From the IMG/VR virus record IMGVR_UViG_3300037089_000135: a DNA stretch of 63,715 nucleotides. One strand, given 5' to 3'. This DNA comes from an uncultured virus (IMG/VR IMGVR_UViG_3300037089_000135) (Duplodnaviria; Heunggongvirae; Uroviricota; Caudoviricetes). The position numbers and the translations under genes were made by a program. Positions 11,255 to 21,229 of the stretch are shown one piece after another; positions within the stretch are counted from its first letter, which is position 1; every line of letters begins with the position of its first letter. Below the pieces are notes generated by a model that ran no database searches, had not been told where the DNA came from, and worked only from the letters and a program-made list of their open reading frames with translations.

Positions 11255-12343
11255 TCACTTCCCCACGAAGCCTTTCAGTAGAGTATATGCAGCCTTTGCA
11301 GCCTCCAGGGGCACCCACAAAGTCTTGCATCCTATTGTCACCTTTACCTTACCAGTATCGTACTTTCCGAGTATTTCCTCATGTACCTCGCGTCCGATGT
11401 CTACTTTCGACTTTGTGCAATCGTCTTCAGTGACATGCCCGGTGCAAGGTCCTGCATCCGGAAAGTGCATGTGAACTTCTTTACAATCGCACTTTTGCTT
11501 GTATCCGTGTGTGCAACACTTTAATCCTTCATGATCTCCAGTGCATCCCAAACATTGAGTTGGCTGATAGTAAGGCCCACGATTGCACCGGCATTCGGAT
11601 ATGTATCTGGAACATATTAAGCATCTTACATCTTTACAGGATGATCCTGTTCTCGTTCTCTGCGCGTTTTTTGAAGTATATCCGCATCGATTGCAAGACT
11701 TATGATTTATAAAGTTTGCACAATCTATGCATTGATACGGGTAATGTGGTCCGAAAGTACATTTGCAATTTGACAGTAAGCTACTACATACGACACATCT
11801 AATATTTATGCATTCATCACCGTTTTTTGTACGTTTGCATGGTTCACACGGTTCGCATCTTCTTCTGCTATTGCATTCTTTATTTATATAGTATGATTCG
11901 CAATTTATGCGCCGGGTTCCATCTTGATTGTAATGTTCGTATGTCGCATTTCGATACCGGCAATCGCAACAATTTTCCGGCTTGCAGCAATCAGATCTAT
12001 CACAGCAAAAATTACATGCCTTGCAATGATATGTGCAATCGTTATTTAGATACCGGCACTGATCTTTGCTTTCAATCCATTTATTGTCACAGAACTCTTC
12101 TGGCAAAGTATACACTTTGGTACTTCCATGTATACATCCAGCATCAAATCCGGTATGTGTATATTTTATTTCGTGACAATTTGCGGATATGATGTGTAAT
12201 GGACATATGCATCCTTTTTGGTACAATCCATTTATGGAATATGAATAATCTTCACGTCCACGTTTATGCCCATCTTTACCGCAATACTTTTCCGTGTGAC
12301 AGACTCTTACTGCGTCTTTCCCAATTAATTGCTCTGCGTACAT
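11255..12343 (-). CDS. cysteine-rich multi-Zn-finger-like protein
   Basis: About 46 Cys in 362 aa by hand count; duplicated C-x4-CxxC-x6-CxC-x2-GP unit. Confidence 0.7.
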   Translation of the reverse strand: MYAEQLIGKDAVRVCHTEKYCGKDGHKRGREDYSYSINGLYQKGCICPLHIISANCHEIKYTHTGFDAGCIHGSTKVYTLPEEFCDNKWIESKDQCRYLNNDCTYHCKACNFCCDRSDCCKPENCCDCRYRNATYEHYNQDGTRRINCESYYINKECNSRRRCEPCEPCKRTKNGDECINIRCVVCSSLLSNCKCTFGPHYPYQCIDCANFINHKSCNRCGYTSKNAQRTRTGSSCKDVRCLICSRYISECRCNRGPYYQPTQCLGCTGDHEGLKCCTHGYKQKCDCKEVHMHFPDAGPCTGHVTEDDCTKSKVDIGREVHEEILGKYDTGKVKVTIGCKTLWVPLEAAKAAYTLLKGFVGK

Positions 12344-12580
12344 TTATCCTCCAGAATTTAAACAATTTCTACTTTTGATACTATTGCGCTACCACAAATA
12401 CCATCTATCGATGTATCTGTGATATTGCGAATTACCATGTCTCTGTATTTATTATATACACCTTCGTTATCGCCTTCTACTTCAATATCTACTGAAAGGT
12501 GTACGATCCCCTTGATTTTAGGGGATATACCGGCTTCAACTTTTGCCATAGCTACCTACATGTTTCAATGCTATTTAAAT

Positions 12581-13735
12581 CTATCCCTTGATTACTGCCA
12601 GAGGTGTCAACTTTACCAGAGAGCCTACTAAATCAACCTGATTTGCCATTACCTCAGTGATATCTTTGTATGCGCTGCTTGCTTCATCCAGCTTATCAAC
12701 CGATCTCATATCATGGATAATGCCGAGGGCATCCAGTATTTCGATCTCTTTCTTTAGATCCAGGGTCCTCTTTGCTTCACCCCGACCCATCGTTCTTCCG
12801 GCCCCATGAGAACACGATTTAAAGCTCTGCTCATTTCCCCGGCCCTTAACTATGTAAGATGATGTACCTTGTGATCCTGGTATGACTCCAATTTGATCTC
12901 TATAAGCTGATGTAGCTCCTTTTCTGTGAATCCACATCATTTGTCCATACATCTCTTCCTGCCTAGCATAGTTATGATGAACATCGAATTCAGTCATTGC
13001 CTTTACATCTGGTATGATTGATTTCAATCCTTCTATAGCTTTCTGCATCATAAGCTCGCGGTTAGCCTTCGCGAAGTCTAGGCAATACATCATCTCATTG
13101 ATATATTCCCGGCCATATTCGCTAGTTACCGGCAAATAATCTAATTCCCAACTTGGATTTATCTGGACATCTGCATCTTTACCGTATTTAGTAGCTTCCT
13201 TTATGTAATATTCGGCTACCTTTTTGCCGAGGTTCCGGCTCCCGGAGTGAATCATAATCCAGATATGGCCGTCGTCTCCCCACTGTACTTCTATGAAGTG
13301 ATTTCCTCCTCCGAGAGTACCAACTTGATGCATTGCGCTGTCGTACTCTTGAGGTACTACATTCATTGCGCCGTATCCTTTGTATAGAGGAATCGCATTT
13401 ATATCTTTGCTGTGGGCGAATCCTACTGGCACATTAGCTTTGATATATTCAACTAACTTGATTAAATCCTCTCTGGATATATGAGGTAAGTTCGTTCGGA
13501 TCGCACGCATTCCGCAGCCGATATCTAATCCTACTGCTCCAGGGATAACTACGTTCCTGCATCCGATAACGCCGCCAATGGGCATTCCGTACCCCTGGTG
13601 ACAGTCTGCCATCATTGCTACATGATGCACCGTATACGGATGTAGGGCTAGGTGCATGGCCTGAGCCTTCGCACCGTCTTCCATATATTCAGCCCATAGC
13701 CAAATAGGGATTTTTTCAGTTTCAATCGTCTTCAT
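12581..13735 (-). CDS. rtcB: RtcB-family RNA ligase (3'-phosphate or cyclic phosphate to 5'-OH)
   Basis: DCHQGYGMPIG, DIGCG, GTLGGGNHFIE, HSGSR, HHN, HRKGAT, SHGAGR, DEA..AYK, terminal IKG; start set at MKTIE. Confidence 0.95.
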   Translation of the reverse strand: MKTIETEKIPIWLWAEYMEDGAKAQAMHLALHPYTVHHVAMMADCHQGYGMPIGGVIGCRNVVIPGAVGLDIGCGMRAIRTNLPHISREDLIKLVEYIKANVPVGFAHSKDINAIPLYKGYGAMNVVPQEYDSAMHQVGTLGGGNHFIEVQWGDDGHIWIMIHSGSRNLGKKVAEYYIKEATKYGKDADVQINPSWELDYLPVTSEYGREYINEMMYCLDFAKANRELMMQKAIEGLKSIIPDVKAMTEFDVHHNYARQEEMYGQMMWIHRKGATSAYRDQIGVIPGSQGTSSYIVKGRGNEQSFKSCSHGAGRTMGRGEAKRTLDLKKEIEILDALGIIHDMRSVDKLDEASSAYKDITEVMANQVDLVGSLVKLTPLAVIKG

Positions 13736-13736
13736 T

Positions 13737-14018
13737 TTACAATACCTCTTGAGATGTATATAGGATAGTTCCACAAGCCGGGTTCCTTGTATTTTCAGCT
13801 ATCAGCTCAATGGATGACATTTCGCGAGACGCACTAAATCCTATGCTGCATTGATCAAGGTAAGATTTGACCATCATGTAGGCTGCATCTGGATTTGTAG
13901 CTACGACGTAAGATACCTTTTGAGGATTATTTACGTCGTTTGTTCCTATAAAAGTTGTACCATCTTTTTTTACAAGAAGGGCGACAACTCTCCGCTTAGC
14001 GCAAGGGCCTTTTACCAT
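13737..14018 (-). CDS. hypothetical protein with a deaminase-like N-terminal fragment
   Basis: PCAKRRVVALLVKKDG..FIGTN resembles the start of dCMP deaminases; HAE and PCxxC absent. Confidence 0.45.
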   Translation of the reverse strand: MVKGPCAKRRVVALLVKKDGTTFIGTNDVNNPQKVSYVVATNPDAAYMMVKSYLDQCSIGFSASREMSSIELIAENTRNPACGTILYTSQEVL

Positions 14019-15158
14019 TTATACATCCCTCTTTTCGCGCGTCTCGAAAAAACCATCATGTTCTTTATGCATATTCATAAATTTTCTTGCATAAAATGGT
14101 GCAACGTGGTCATTTATTTTAAATAGTTTTGGATTTCCATGTTCATCTTTTTCATGCAGCATGGTATCCCATCTAATATAATAAATAACCGAATGGGCGC
14201 TAAATTTGTTTCTATGATCTATTTTAATAGCTTCAAGTGTTAGTTTTTCAAACGTATTCCATATATCAGGATTTTCGTTATCAAACTTATCGAATTCCTC
14301 TTGTCTCATTCTCATTTATTCTCACCTCATCTCTAATATCATATCTCATTTTGTATACTCTTTGTGTGCTGGCTCCAGTTGCCGGAAGTGATGGATATAA
14401 TATATACTGTGTAATATCTACATTCCTAATATTTACAGTTTTTCTATATTTTATGTCCCACCATAACTTATTTTTCATCTTTTCCGGGATGAACCAGTAT
14501 TTTTCCATGATCATGAATATATCAAATTTCATATGATCAAACCAACTATCGAATTCCAGATTCGTAAAAGATACTTTGATATTATCTTTTTTCGTTTCTG
14601 CCAGTACCGTGGCTGTTAATTCATACATCAAACCTTGATTTATTCGGTCCCTATATGATTCTAAAACCAAATTCTGAGCCTGAATCATATCTACATCAGG
14701 TATCAACCGGCATGATTTCCATCTAGTAGCCTCTAGCTCTACAGTGTCATAAGATATGTTTTTAAGACTATTTAAATCATTCATGTAAACTTCCTCTTGT
14801 CAAGCCATTCAAATGCGATTTTAACCGCTTCTTCCTCATCTTTAGCATCAATAGAAACATCTACATGTTCTTTAGATTCGAATATAGTCCGGACGTAAAG
14901 ATAATAATCCGTTTCTGTATATTCAGAGTATACGTCAAATTTCCAAACTGCCGGGAATCTTCTCGATTTATGTCCATGAAAGGTAGTTTCAATTTTGCAT
15001 ATGCGAGCTACTGTTGTAGTTCCTTTCCAGATAAAATGTGATACTTTTTTATGTTTTTGATTAAAATACGAATGCACAATATCTTCTTCGAATTCGCTTA
15101 TTTGTTTAAAGTACCGGCCTGATCCATCTTCAACTGAAATTAATTTTACAAATTTCAT
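14019..15158 (-). CDS. three hypothetical proteins (14019..14315, 14287..14784, 14781..15158)
   Basis: Overlapping ORFs in operon orientation. Confidence 0.6.
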
Positions 15159-15169
15159 TAAAGTACCTC

Positions 15170-15736
15170 CTAAATCAATTCAAATTCTCTCCATTTATCC
15201 AATGATTTTTTAGTATTTGTGATTCTAAATCCTAACGTTCCAACCACAATTTTATTAGGAATCAACCATTTATGTACTAATTTCTCATTAGTATCAAATC
15301 CTAAACATAAAAATCTATCTGGAATAGTACTGCGTTCTGTATTAAAATGCCAATATGGATTTCTTCCAATTTCAACTTTTAATTTAGATGATTTAACATC
15401 AATCTTTATATGATCGCATACAAAATCATATCCTTTATTGTTTATCGACATTCTTTCTACATTTATAAATATATTATTTAATATATTATACGCAGTATTT
15501 TCTCCAATATGTACTCCTAGATACATGGAACATTCTTTAAATTGATTAAAGGCTTGCGCTTCTCCGGTAATATGTCTTCTATTTGCTCTATATCCAGGTC
15601 GATTTTTATTCCAATATATTTGTCTTAGTCGTATACATTCTCTACATGGCATTCGTAGAGTTCCTTTTTGTCTACCACTTTTATAAATGAAAAACTGAGA
15701 GGCATCTTTATCCTCTCGGCACTTTTTACATATCAT
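15170..15736 (-). CDS. putative PD-(D/E)XK free-standing endonuclease with N-terminal Zn finger
   Basis: CKKC..CREC, GYDFVC..IDVKSS; AT-rich; paralog of 7110..7631. Confidence 0.6.
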   Translation of the reverse strand: MICKKCREDKDASQFFIYKSGRQKGTLRMPCRECIRLRQIYWNKNRPGYRANRRHITGEAQAFNQFKECSMYLGVHIGENTAYNILNNIFINVERMSINNKGYDFVCDHIKIDVKSSKLKVEIGRNPYWHFNTERSTIPDRFLCLGFDTNEKLVHKWLIPNKIVVGTLGFRITNTKKSLDKWREFELI

Positions 15737-15756
15737 TTATATCACTTCTTAAATAT

Positions 15757-16587
15757 TTAAAAGCAGTGGCGTGGCATACCGATCTGCATTAACACGTTTA
15801 CCGGGTCCGGGTTTTCAAACACGGTTGTTACTTTATCGCCGCAATCATCGAAATAAGAACATCCGAGGACCTTGATGTATCTCTTCTTCTTTCCGCTTGC
15901 GATATCATCCTCTTTATACAATTCCAAAGATATTGGACATGTATAGTCAGTGCCGGGCGGGTACGGGGTGCTGAGCCATTCACCAGTTTCATAATCACTT
16001 TTCATACGGTGAATTAGGACCACATTGAAATGCGCCTTTAGCTCATTGATCTTATCATTCATTTCCTGACTGATAACGCCCCACTCTTCTTTAACCGGCC
16101 AGTCCATCTTTGTCCCGGTCTTTCTTGTCTTACCTGCATTCAGCTTCATCCAATTGATAACGCAGAATGCCCTCCAACGGGCCGTGTCGTCAATCACAAG
16201 CCATGCATTCCCCGGCTTCTTACCCGAGTCTAGGGCCGTCTTGATAATCTCTTCCTTCCAGACTAGGGCCGCTTTAATGGCACTCTCAAATTCTGCATAG
16301 GTCGTTACAAACCTATATCTCTTGTCTAACTGATCTGCCGGAATGACTTTGGCAACGCTGAAATAGGCTTCGCCTTCAGTCTGCGCCGGATTATGGAGCA
16401 GCTCAATTTTTCGGAGTCCCATCGCGACGTTCGCGAAATCTATGACAAAGCTATTAGGATGCTTCGCAGCATACGTAGATTTACCGACTTTTGGTCTTCC
16501 ACATATACTTTCTACGATTGGGGTCCTGAGTTTATAGTCATCAATACTAAATGGTATTTCTTGCTGTTGTTTTTCCACTACTGACAT
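15757..16587 (-). CDS. AAA_24/Sak4-like P-loop ATPase (putative recombinase)
   Basis: GRPKVGKST Walker A, LVIDD Walker B, NVVLIH. Confidence 0.7.
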   Translation of the reverse strand: MSVVEKQQQEIPFSIDDYKLRTPIVESICGRPKVGKSTYAAKHPNSFVIDFANVAMGLRKIELLHNPAQTEGEAYFSVAKVIPADQLDKRYRFVTTYAEFESAIKAALVWKEEIIKTALDSGKKPGNAWLVIDDTARWRAFCVINWMKLNAGKTRKTGTKMDWPVKEEWGVISQEMNDKINELKAHFNVVLIHRMKSDYETGEWLSTPYPPGTDYTCPISLELYKEDDIASGKKKRYIKVLGCSYFDDCGDKVTTVFENPDPVNVLMQIGMPRHCF

Positions 16588-16718
16588 TTATTCATCTCCT
16601 TTCCATATTCGATCACGATTTTACCACATATAGGACAAACTGTAGTGCGCGGATTTTGTCGCACTACTTCTAGTTCATCTTCCGGGCACTTTTTGCAATA
16701 TTTCTCGCCTTTTGACAT

Positions 16719-17562
16719 TCACATCACTATGTCTTGTTTTATCTCTTTTGTTTGCTCGCGTAGCACTTTTCCACATTTACTGCATTTATATGTGGCTTTA
16801 CCATGCCTATATGATTCTAAATATAGTTCACCGTGGCAATCGCTACAATACAATTTTACTTTTGGTCTTTTTATTTGCGGCCAATCATCCATATTGATTT
16901 TTCCGACATACCATCGGATATTACTTAATTGACCACTTGGAAGAGGTTCTGCCTCCAGGTTGATTGCTGGATGGACTTTCGAGGGAAATATATTTTGAGC
17001 AACGAAATCGATAGGCTTTTCTTGATACCTTGCAATGGCCTCAGCAAATGCTTTGTTCATTGCTTTATCTTTTTCATTTATCTCTGGTCTATGATATTCT
17101 TCAACTGATATAATATCAGTAACCTCGATTTCACCTACAGCGTCACCATCAATAGGTTCATCAAATACTGCCTGTTTTGCAGTTTCAGCATCAATAGCTT
17201 CGATATATACGTTCGTGTATCCTATAACTTTAATATTTATCTTATATTCAGGCAATTGGATTCCCCTCATCATCTATTCCTACTGGTTCTGCCGATCCCT
17301 CGGCTTTGTTTCTCTCTTCCATTTCTTTAAGCTTTATCGCCCGGCCTTCTGGATCAGGATGAGACTTATATTCGTTTCTCCATTCTTTCCCCATATCATC
17401 TTTCGTAGGAAGGTTAACCTTCGTGTTTCTCACGTAAATAGCCTTCTTCTGCGATGGATCACCAAATACTTCAACGCAAATTTCGCATTTCATGTATTTC
17501 CAATTTAGTCCCGATGGTATCATGACCCCGAGCTGTTTAAGATGCTTCTCACAAACTAACAT
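16719..17562 (-). CDS. two hypothetical Zn-ribbon proteins (16719..17273, 17248..17562)
   Basis: CxxC pairs. Confidence 0.55.
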
Positions 17563-18203
17563 ATTTTATCCTCCGTATTTAACTTTCTGTTCTTATTACA
17601 CAGAATTCTATATACTTGTGCAATACTTATTCCATATTTTTTTGCAATATTTGTACGGGTTAATTTTGAAGCTCGTATTTCAATAACTTCGTTATCACGC
17701 AATTTTGCAGCCGGGTTAGATTCTCCTGGTTTCGCATGAATGCGTGCGTGATTTTTTTGAGATATAAACCTGCAATTTTCAGGTTCGTAATTTTTATTAC
17801 TGTCAATTCGATGTATTTGCATCCCCTTTTCCCATCCATTTGTTAATGCAAAATTTTTGAAATTTACATATATTTTCCATTCATCACATACTATAATTCC
17901 TTTGCCTCCATAATATTTATAAGCTTTATGTGTCGGCTGATAACATCGTGATAACATTGCTTGCCATCTAGGATAAGGAGAGCTTCTATCTTGACTATCG
18001 CCATGTATGGTTGCTGATTTTCTTTGTAGACATCCACAACTGCGAGATTTTCCAGTTACAATACTACATTTTGGTATAATCTTAAATTTACCACAGTCGC
18101 ATTGACACAACCATAGAGAATGTCTTGCATCCGATACTCCAATCTTCATTAATATTTCAAGATTGGTATATTTAAATCCTGATATATCAACGAATTTTCC
18201 CAT
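17556..18203 (-). CDS. HNH-type homing endonuclease with C-terminal HTH
   Basis: WLCQCDCG, SCGC, YGGKGI.VCDEW, HRIDSNKNYEPENC, GESNPAAKL..IAKKYGIS. Confidence 0.85.
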   Translation of the reverse strand: MGKFVDISGFKYTNLEILMKIGVSDARHSLWLCQCDCGKFKIIPKCSIVTGKSRSCGCLQRKSATIHGDSQDRSSPYPRWQAMLSRCYQPTHKAYKYYGGKGIIVCDEWKIYVNFKNFALTNGWEKGMQIHRIDSNKNYEPENCRFISQKNHARIHAKPGESNPAAKLRDNEVIEIRASKLTRTNIAKKYGISIAQVYRILCNKNRKLNTEDKIC

Positions 18204-18207
18204 ATTT

Positions 18208-18753
18208 TTACCATCCTAGATCTATATTCACACTTGGTACATGTATCGCGTATCTAACGTATTCATTCTTTTCTATAACTCGACTGGTTAAGAAGTAAGC
18301 TCCTTCAATATCGATATATGCACATCCATCTTTTTCATTTATATTATATACGATATCTTCCTCAAAAGATCTATCTTCTTTAGTTTCGTCTATTATTATA
18401 ATATTACTATCATCTTTAACTATGATAGAATTCTTGAATTTAAAAGGCCCTGACGTTCCATTTCCTTCGAATGTCCCTACTTCAACAAATTTCCATCCAT
18501 CTCGACAGATACTAAAGTCCATCTTATCAGCTCTGGATTGTGTTATTTTTATAAGAGGAATACCAAACTTACTTTTTAATTCTAAGGGGTTATTTTTTAA
18601 AATTTCTATCATACATGAACGCGGCATGTCTTTTAGGTTTTCATCAATAACTTCCGCATATATTCCTTCAAATGAATTTAATCTATCGCATAACATATCT
18701 AAATTAAGTATATTCATAGCAAAAGAATAGTGCGGACGATTTCTATTGTGCAT
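18208..18753 (-). CDS. hypothetical protein
   Basis: ORF with GGAGG RBS. Confidence 0.55.
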   Translation of the reverse strand: MHNRNRPHYSFAMNILNLDMLCDRLNSFEGIYAEVIDENLKDMPRSCMIEILKNNPLELKSKFGIPLIKITQSRADKMDFSICRDGWKFVEVGTFEGNGTSGPFKFKNSIIVKDDSNIIIIDETKEDRSFEEDIVYNINEKDGCAYIDIEGAYFLTSRVIEKNEYVRYAIHVPSVNIDLGW

Positions 18754-18789
18754 AAATTCCTCCGAAAAAAAAGGGGTGAAAATAGATAA

Positions 18790-19545
18790 CTACAGTACAA
18801 TATTTACTGTGTTATCGTCGTTCTGGAACTTCTGGACTTTACCCTTTATACCATTCCAGGTGTCCAGGATTTCAGCGGGGGTGCCGAACTGAGTCAATTC
18901 AGTCAGATCAAAGACTGGCATTCCTGCGCCTTCGCCACTTAGATAAGTGACAAGTGCCTGCTCTTTTTCGGAAAACTCTGCCTTTTTGACGGTCTTCTCT
19001 CCAACGTGCGGCGTTAGGGTAGTTGGATTGATATGCATGTACTTCTTTCCTTCTTTACTCTCCTGCTCGACAACCACGGCATCAAACCATGCGCCAAGAG
19101 GCAAAGCATTAGAAAGGTTGAACTCTCCGCTTGATACTTCTCCTCCAGTCAACTTCTCTACGAAGTCATAGAGCGCCTTTTTCGGGCCGAAAGTCTCGGA
19201 TAGATAGAACTTTACGTCTTTCTTAAATTGCCACCCGGTGATAGTTTCAGTGAACTCCAGCTCTACGATATGAGATAGCTTCTCGATTGGTTCGCCGTTC
19301 GACCACTTCTTAGGTTCGGTATCGTTTACGATTTTTTGCTCTGCCTTTGACAGTTCGCTGTATTGCTTACCCTTAATTGACTGCGGAAGTGCATCACTAA
19401 AGTTGCCTACTACGCCTTCAGTAAGTGTGACTTTAGTTAACTCAAATGTTCTTGTCTCACCATCAATCATTTTGGGTGCGAAAGTCTTGTCGGATTTAAT
19501 CGGAAACGTTACCTTTAGTTGTGTTGGATTAATCTGTACTGCCAT
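18790..19545 (-). CDS. hypothetical protein, possibly ssDNA-binding
   Basis: Strong RBS, beta-rich N-terminal part, lies near the Sak4-like ATPase; function is inference only. Confidence 0.35.
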   Translation of the reverse strand: MAVQINPTQLKVTFPIKSDKTFAPKMIDGETRTFELTKVTLTEGVVGNFSDALPQSIKGKQYSELSKAEQKIVNDTEPKKWSNGEPIEKLSHIVELEFTETITGWQFKKDVKFYLSETFGPKKALYDFVEKLTGGEVSSGEFNLSNALPLGAWFDAVVVEQESKEGKKYMHINPTTLTPHVGEKTVKKAEFSEKEQALVTYLSGEGAGMPVFDLTELTQFGTPAEILDTWNGIKGKVQKFQNDDNTVNIVL

Positions 19546-20473
19546 TTATTTCATACTCCTTTAAATTACTATAAAATAGTTGTTCACAAACTCTATACCT
19601 AACTTGCTTTCCTTCTATTTAAATCTATCTATTTCTTGGATCAGTTTCGAGTGCTCTTAGTTCTCCTTCCAAACCTTCGATTCTTTCCTGTAATCGCAAT
19701 ACCGGCCATATCACGCGCCGGGTTATTTCTTCCTTTAGCTCCGGTGAATCCCATTCATCGCGAAATGTTTCTAGGTCTTGTATTAAATCACTTTTCTTAA
19801 GGAACTCTTCACCTGGAGTCAATCCTTTATATAGTGTTGACATATTTTAAGCACCTATCTTTTGTTCATGCCCACAATTAAGGCACCTTATTACTTTTGA
19901 ACTTACTGTAGATTTTTTCGCAATAATGTTAAAAGATCGTACACCGGCTCCATATTGAGCATCTAGTTCTGGATTTTTACATCTAGCTTCACATATATAA
20001 AACATCTAAGATTCTACCTCCTCATAAACGGTATCCTCTGGATCACCGTTACCTTCGCGCATATGTCGGGTAACTCCCTCTACAAATGCTATCCGGGTCT
20101 CATCTTCAGTTTCTTCTTTACACATTTGGATCAGTCCAAAATATATTTACTATTAGTCCTACCACTATAATACCAAAGAAAGCGCCAACTATCGCTTGAA
20201 TAACATCAGGGCTTAACATTGTAATTCACTCCGGTACATCTTTTTTATCCTTAAAATCATTCATATGAGATTCAAGTATTTCCGTGTGATGTTTAAGTTC
20301 GTTAAGCATCGAGGTTTGTGCATTTCTTAAATCTGCCCATGTATTAGATCTATTTGTAAATATTCTATCTATCTCATCTATATTCCATCTAATACGTCTC
20401 GCGAAATGTTGTAATCTTTCTTTATGTTCCTCGAATTCCGGCATAATGCAAACCTCCTATAAATAAAAATGTT

Positions 20474-20947
20474 AGTATGGTGTGTTGTTACACCAAATAG
20501 TCCATATTGTACTTGTGCTGGCCTATGAATGCGTCAGATATAGTACATCAAATCTCATCATCCACAGCGAAGTTGTGCCTCTCTTCGCGTCGGCCTTCGC
20601 GCCTCCAGTCCATGAGGATAGTTTAATTCCTCTCCATATTCACCGGGCAACGCCCCGCCTAAACCCCGATAAGATACACCTCAGTTTGGTGAGCTAATGA
20701 GTTTATCTAGGGACTATCCTACATGGATATCTAGCCTGCAAGGGTAGCGCAGGTGCCAGTATGCGAAGCATACCGCAGTTTCCTCATTTATTTCCTTCAC
20801 GTTTGCTCTTTGGGTCTTTCGTTATCTGGCTAGTACGTCAGGTCGCGAATTGTGAGTATCCTTCCGGATTCCCCGGACTCCTATTCTCACATCTGCATAC
20901 GACTAACTCTTTAAAGGATAGCTACTCCTAAGCCAACCTTCCATACT
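20474..20947 (-). ncRNA. large structured RNA containing a split mimic of 23S rRNA H43-H44 (GTPase-associated centre)
   Basis: 5' AGUAUGGAAGGUUGGCUUAGGAGUAGCUAUCCUUUAAAGAGU and 3' GGUGUAACAACACACCAUACU; terminal stem AGUAUGG/CCAUACU; insert closed by UAGUC/GACUA; oligo-U follows. Confidence 0.85.
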
Positions 20948-20951
20948 GGTT

Positions 20952-21100
20952 TTCATCTTTGACACGTTCTAATATATCGCACCGTGTAACCCCACATGTA
21001 GCGCATTAAGGGACGGATTTATGCCATATTCAGTACGACTTGCTGCAATCCGCTACCTGATTCGATACCTTGTCGCCGTGTCATAACTGTTGTTGATGAA
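20952..21100 (-). ncRNA. ~150-nt multi-stem structured RNA of unknown class
   Basis: Nested stems UUCAUC/GAUGAA, UGACACG/CGUGUCA, UAUCG/CGAUA, GUAGCG/CGCUAC. Confidence 0.6.
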
Positions 21101-21229
21101 TGACGCTATCCGGGAATCGAACCCGGTTTTTGACCCACCCGTTGCAACAGGTCGTTACGGCCAACGCATGAAGCCGCAAGCATCTCGCGCGATTTGTGGT
21201 AATGCTTGGAACGCACATGCTGATAGCGA
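21101..21229 (-). ncRNA. tRNA-like RNA (acceptor stem and T arm, non-canonical middle)
   Basis: CGCUAU/AUAGCG acceptor, CCGGG-UUCGAUU-CCCGG T arm, internal GCAUG/CAUGC and CAAGCAU/AUGCUUG stems. Confidence 0.7.

Noticed and set aside
17708..17736. CAGCCGGGTTAGATTC resembles the 3' half of tRNA-Pyl
   Set aside because: It is the antisense of codons for the common GESNPAAK motif in the HNH gene; no 5' half or cloverleaf
20474..20947. Bona fide or contaminating 23S rRNA gene, or a BHB intron in one
   Set aside because: Only H43-H44 are present, flanks are not rRNA-like, and I found no bulge-helix-bulge whose cuts would restore the contiguous domain
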